Made by a program: the position numbers and the translations under genes. The notes beneath the pieces are model-generated. The model was not told the DNA's origin and made no database searches. It worked only from the letters and a program-made list of their open reading frames with translations. From an uncultured Alphaproteobacteria bacterium (GTDB lineage: Bacteria > Pseudomonadota > Alphaproteobacteria > Rhizobiales > Beijerinckiaceae), in contig CAVXBE010000007.1 of assembly GCA_963759925.1 (NCBI GenBank), forward strand, positions 62,872-126,871: a DNA stretch of 64,000 nucleotides, in the 5' to 3' direction. Positions within the stretch are counted from its first letter, which is position 1. Each line of letters begins with the position of its first letter. This document shows, piece after piece, positions 62,315-64,000 of this stretch.

Positions 62315-63078
62315 TTGATCCCGCTGAACAGACGGTTCCAGCGCACCGACCAGGGCCATTCCCAGATCCGCCAGGCGGAGGCGCCTTCCTCGATCGAGAA
62401 GAAGATCAATTCTGCGCGGCCGACGAAATTCTCGAAGGGCACATAGCCGACGCTGCGATCGCGCGAATCCAGCGAGTTGTCGCGGTTGTCGCCCATCATG
62501 AAGAAATGCCCGGGCGGCACCAGAAACACGCCGGTATTGTCGAAGGTGCCGGTATCGCCCTCGCGCTCGATGATCTCGTGGCTGACGCCATTGGGCAGCG
62601 TCTCGCGATAATGCGCGACAGAGGAGGTGCGGCCCCAATTATCGGTGGTCGCGAAGTCGGCGATGCGCTCGCGCTTCACCGGCTGGTTGTTGATGTGCAG
62701 GATGCCGTCGATCATCTGGATGCGGTCGCCCGGCAGGCCGATGACGCGCTTGATGTAATCGGTGGAATTGTCGGTCGGCAGCTTGAACACGGCGATGTCG
62801 CCGCGCTTGGGCTCGGCGGCCCAGATGCGGCCGGAGAAAAGCGGCGGGCTGAACGGAACCGAATGCTTGGAATAACCGTAAGTGTATTTGGAGACGAACA
62901 GGTAATCCCCGATCAGCAGCGTCGGGATCAGCGAGCCGGAGGGGATGTTGAACGGCTGGAACAGCAGGGTGCGGATCACCAGCGCGATCAGCAGGGCCTG
63001 GACGACGACCTTGATCGTCTCAAGAACACCGCCTTCATCCTTGGCCGGTTTGCTCTTGATCTCGGCGTTTTTGGCCAC
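62311..63078 (-). CDS. lepB: Signal peptidase I
   Basis: IPSGSL.PTL, YIKRVIGLPGD, MGDNRDNSLDSR. Confidence 0.96.
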   Translation of the reverse strand: MAKNAEIKSKPAKDEGGVLETIKVVVQALLIALVIRTLLFQPFNIPSGSLIPTLLIGDYLFVSKYTYGYSKHSVPFSPPLFSGRIWAAEPKRGDIAVFKLPTDNSTDYIKRVIGLPGDRIQMIDGILHINNQPVKRERIADFATTDNWGRTSSVAHYRETLPNGVSHEIIEREGDTGTFDNTGVFLVPPGHFFMMGDNRDNSLDSRDRSVGYVPFENFVGRAELIFFSIEEGASAWRIWEWPWSVRWNRLFSGIK

Positions 63079-63312
63079 GCGGGCGCTCCTGTTTCCGTCA
63101 GCAAAGCGCGGTCTAGCTCAATGTCGCGGCTTGGACAACGCAAACTCCATGCCGGTCGGCGATGCAAGTTTGGGCGCGACAGCGGCGGCAGGCCATGCTT
63201 CAACCCTGACGACCCCAGCGCGAGGCTGCCGTCCGGCATCAGCGGCGGCGCCGGCGCCATCCGGCTTCCACCCGCTGCCCGACCTGACCGCTGACGATCG
63301 TTTTCGCCACGC

Positions 63313-64000
63313 ATGACCCTGCTTCCGATCGAACCGCCTGCAACCAGGCCCAGTCCCATGGGCCTTGCCCTTGCGATTGGCACTTTCGCCGTGGCGCTTG
63401 TCCTGCGCATGGCCGTCGATGACTGGCTGCCGCAGGGTTTCCCTTACCTGACCTTCTTCCCGGCGGTGATTATCACGGCCTTCTTTGGCGGTGTCGGGGC
63501 AGGGGCTCTCTGCGCCGTGCTTTGTGGCCTGGCCGCATGGTACTGGTTCATCCCGCCCGCAGGATTTGCGCTGACCGGCGCCAGTGCGCTCGCGCTCGGC
63601 TTCTATGTCTTCATCGTGACCGTCGATATCGGCCTGATCTACCTGATGCACGGCGCCATGGCTCGTTTGCGCGCAGAGCAGGGGGTTTCTGCCGCATTGG
63701 CCGAGCAGCAGCGTACCATGTTCGAGGAGCTGCAGCACCGGGTCTCGAACAACCTCGCCTTCATCGCCAGCCTGCTCAACATGTCCCGCCGTCGCATCGC
63801 GGGCGATCCTGCCGCCGCGCCTGTGGTGATCGACGATGCGCGCGCCCGCATCGAGACCATGGCGCGCATCCACCGCCGCCTGCATGACCCCAACAGCGTC
63901 GATGTCCCGGTCGAGCGCTATCTCCAGGAGATGTGCAGCGATGTGCTGGCGATCACCGGAGGCAGCCATGTCAGCTGCAACGTCTCGGCCCCGCAGATCA
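63313..64000 (+). CDS. Membrane sensor histidine kinase, HisKA_2/HWE type (partial, runs off window)
   Basis: Manual translation: DUF4118-like PYLTFFPAV TM region, then FEELQHRVSNNL and MARIHRRL; no stop before the window end. Confidence 0.85.
   Translation, partial: MTLLPIEPPATRPSPMGLALAIGTFAVALVLRMAVDDWLPQGFPYLTFFPAVIITAFFGGVGAGALCAVLCGLAAWYWFIPPAGFALTGASALALGFYVFIVTVDIGLIYLMHGAMARLRAEQGVSAALAEQQRTMFEELQHRVSNNLAFIASLLNMSRRRIAGDPAAAPVVIDDARARIETMARIHRRLHDPNSVDVPVERYLQEMCSDVLAITGGSHVSCNVSAPQI

Overview
High-GC alphaproteobacterial (Hyphomicrobiales, Bosea-like by inference) chromosomal window. It holds mostly core and metabolic genes: ask, ubiG, ccr, a probable mcd, tamAB, an Omp2-type porin, a lytic transglycosylase, dapA, smpB, sod, pyrE, era, rnc and lepB. 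Accessory pieces are interleaved: a Gly-rich autotransporter, two type II TA modules (GNAT/DUF1778 and HicAB, each with a clear operator palindrome), a 12.6 kb catabolic island with a LysR regulator, and many palindromic REP/RIME-like repeats. The best candidate for an undescribed system is at 25463-26900. It is a coupled two-gene cassette: a putative HNH-type toxin with an N-terminal FDPDQPRxPAGxPDGGQW motif and no recognisable secretion signal, plus a DUF2019-like partner. It has its own upstream inverted repeat and is bracketed by two near-identical copies of one CGTC palindromic element. About 10 genes, including essential dapA and ask, are frameshifted. Most shifts are two alternative bases written side by side, usually at a wobble position, which points to a consensus artefact from mixed haplotypes rather than real pseudogenes. 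No rRNA, tRNA, CRISPR array or transposase was recognised. All family calls come from reading the translations; no database search was run.
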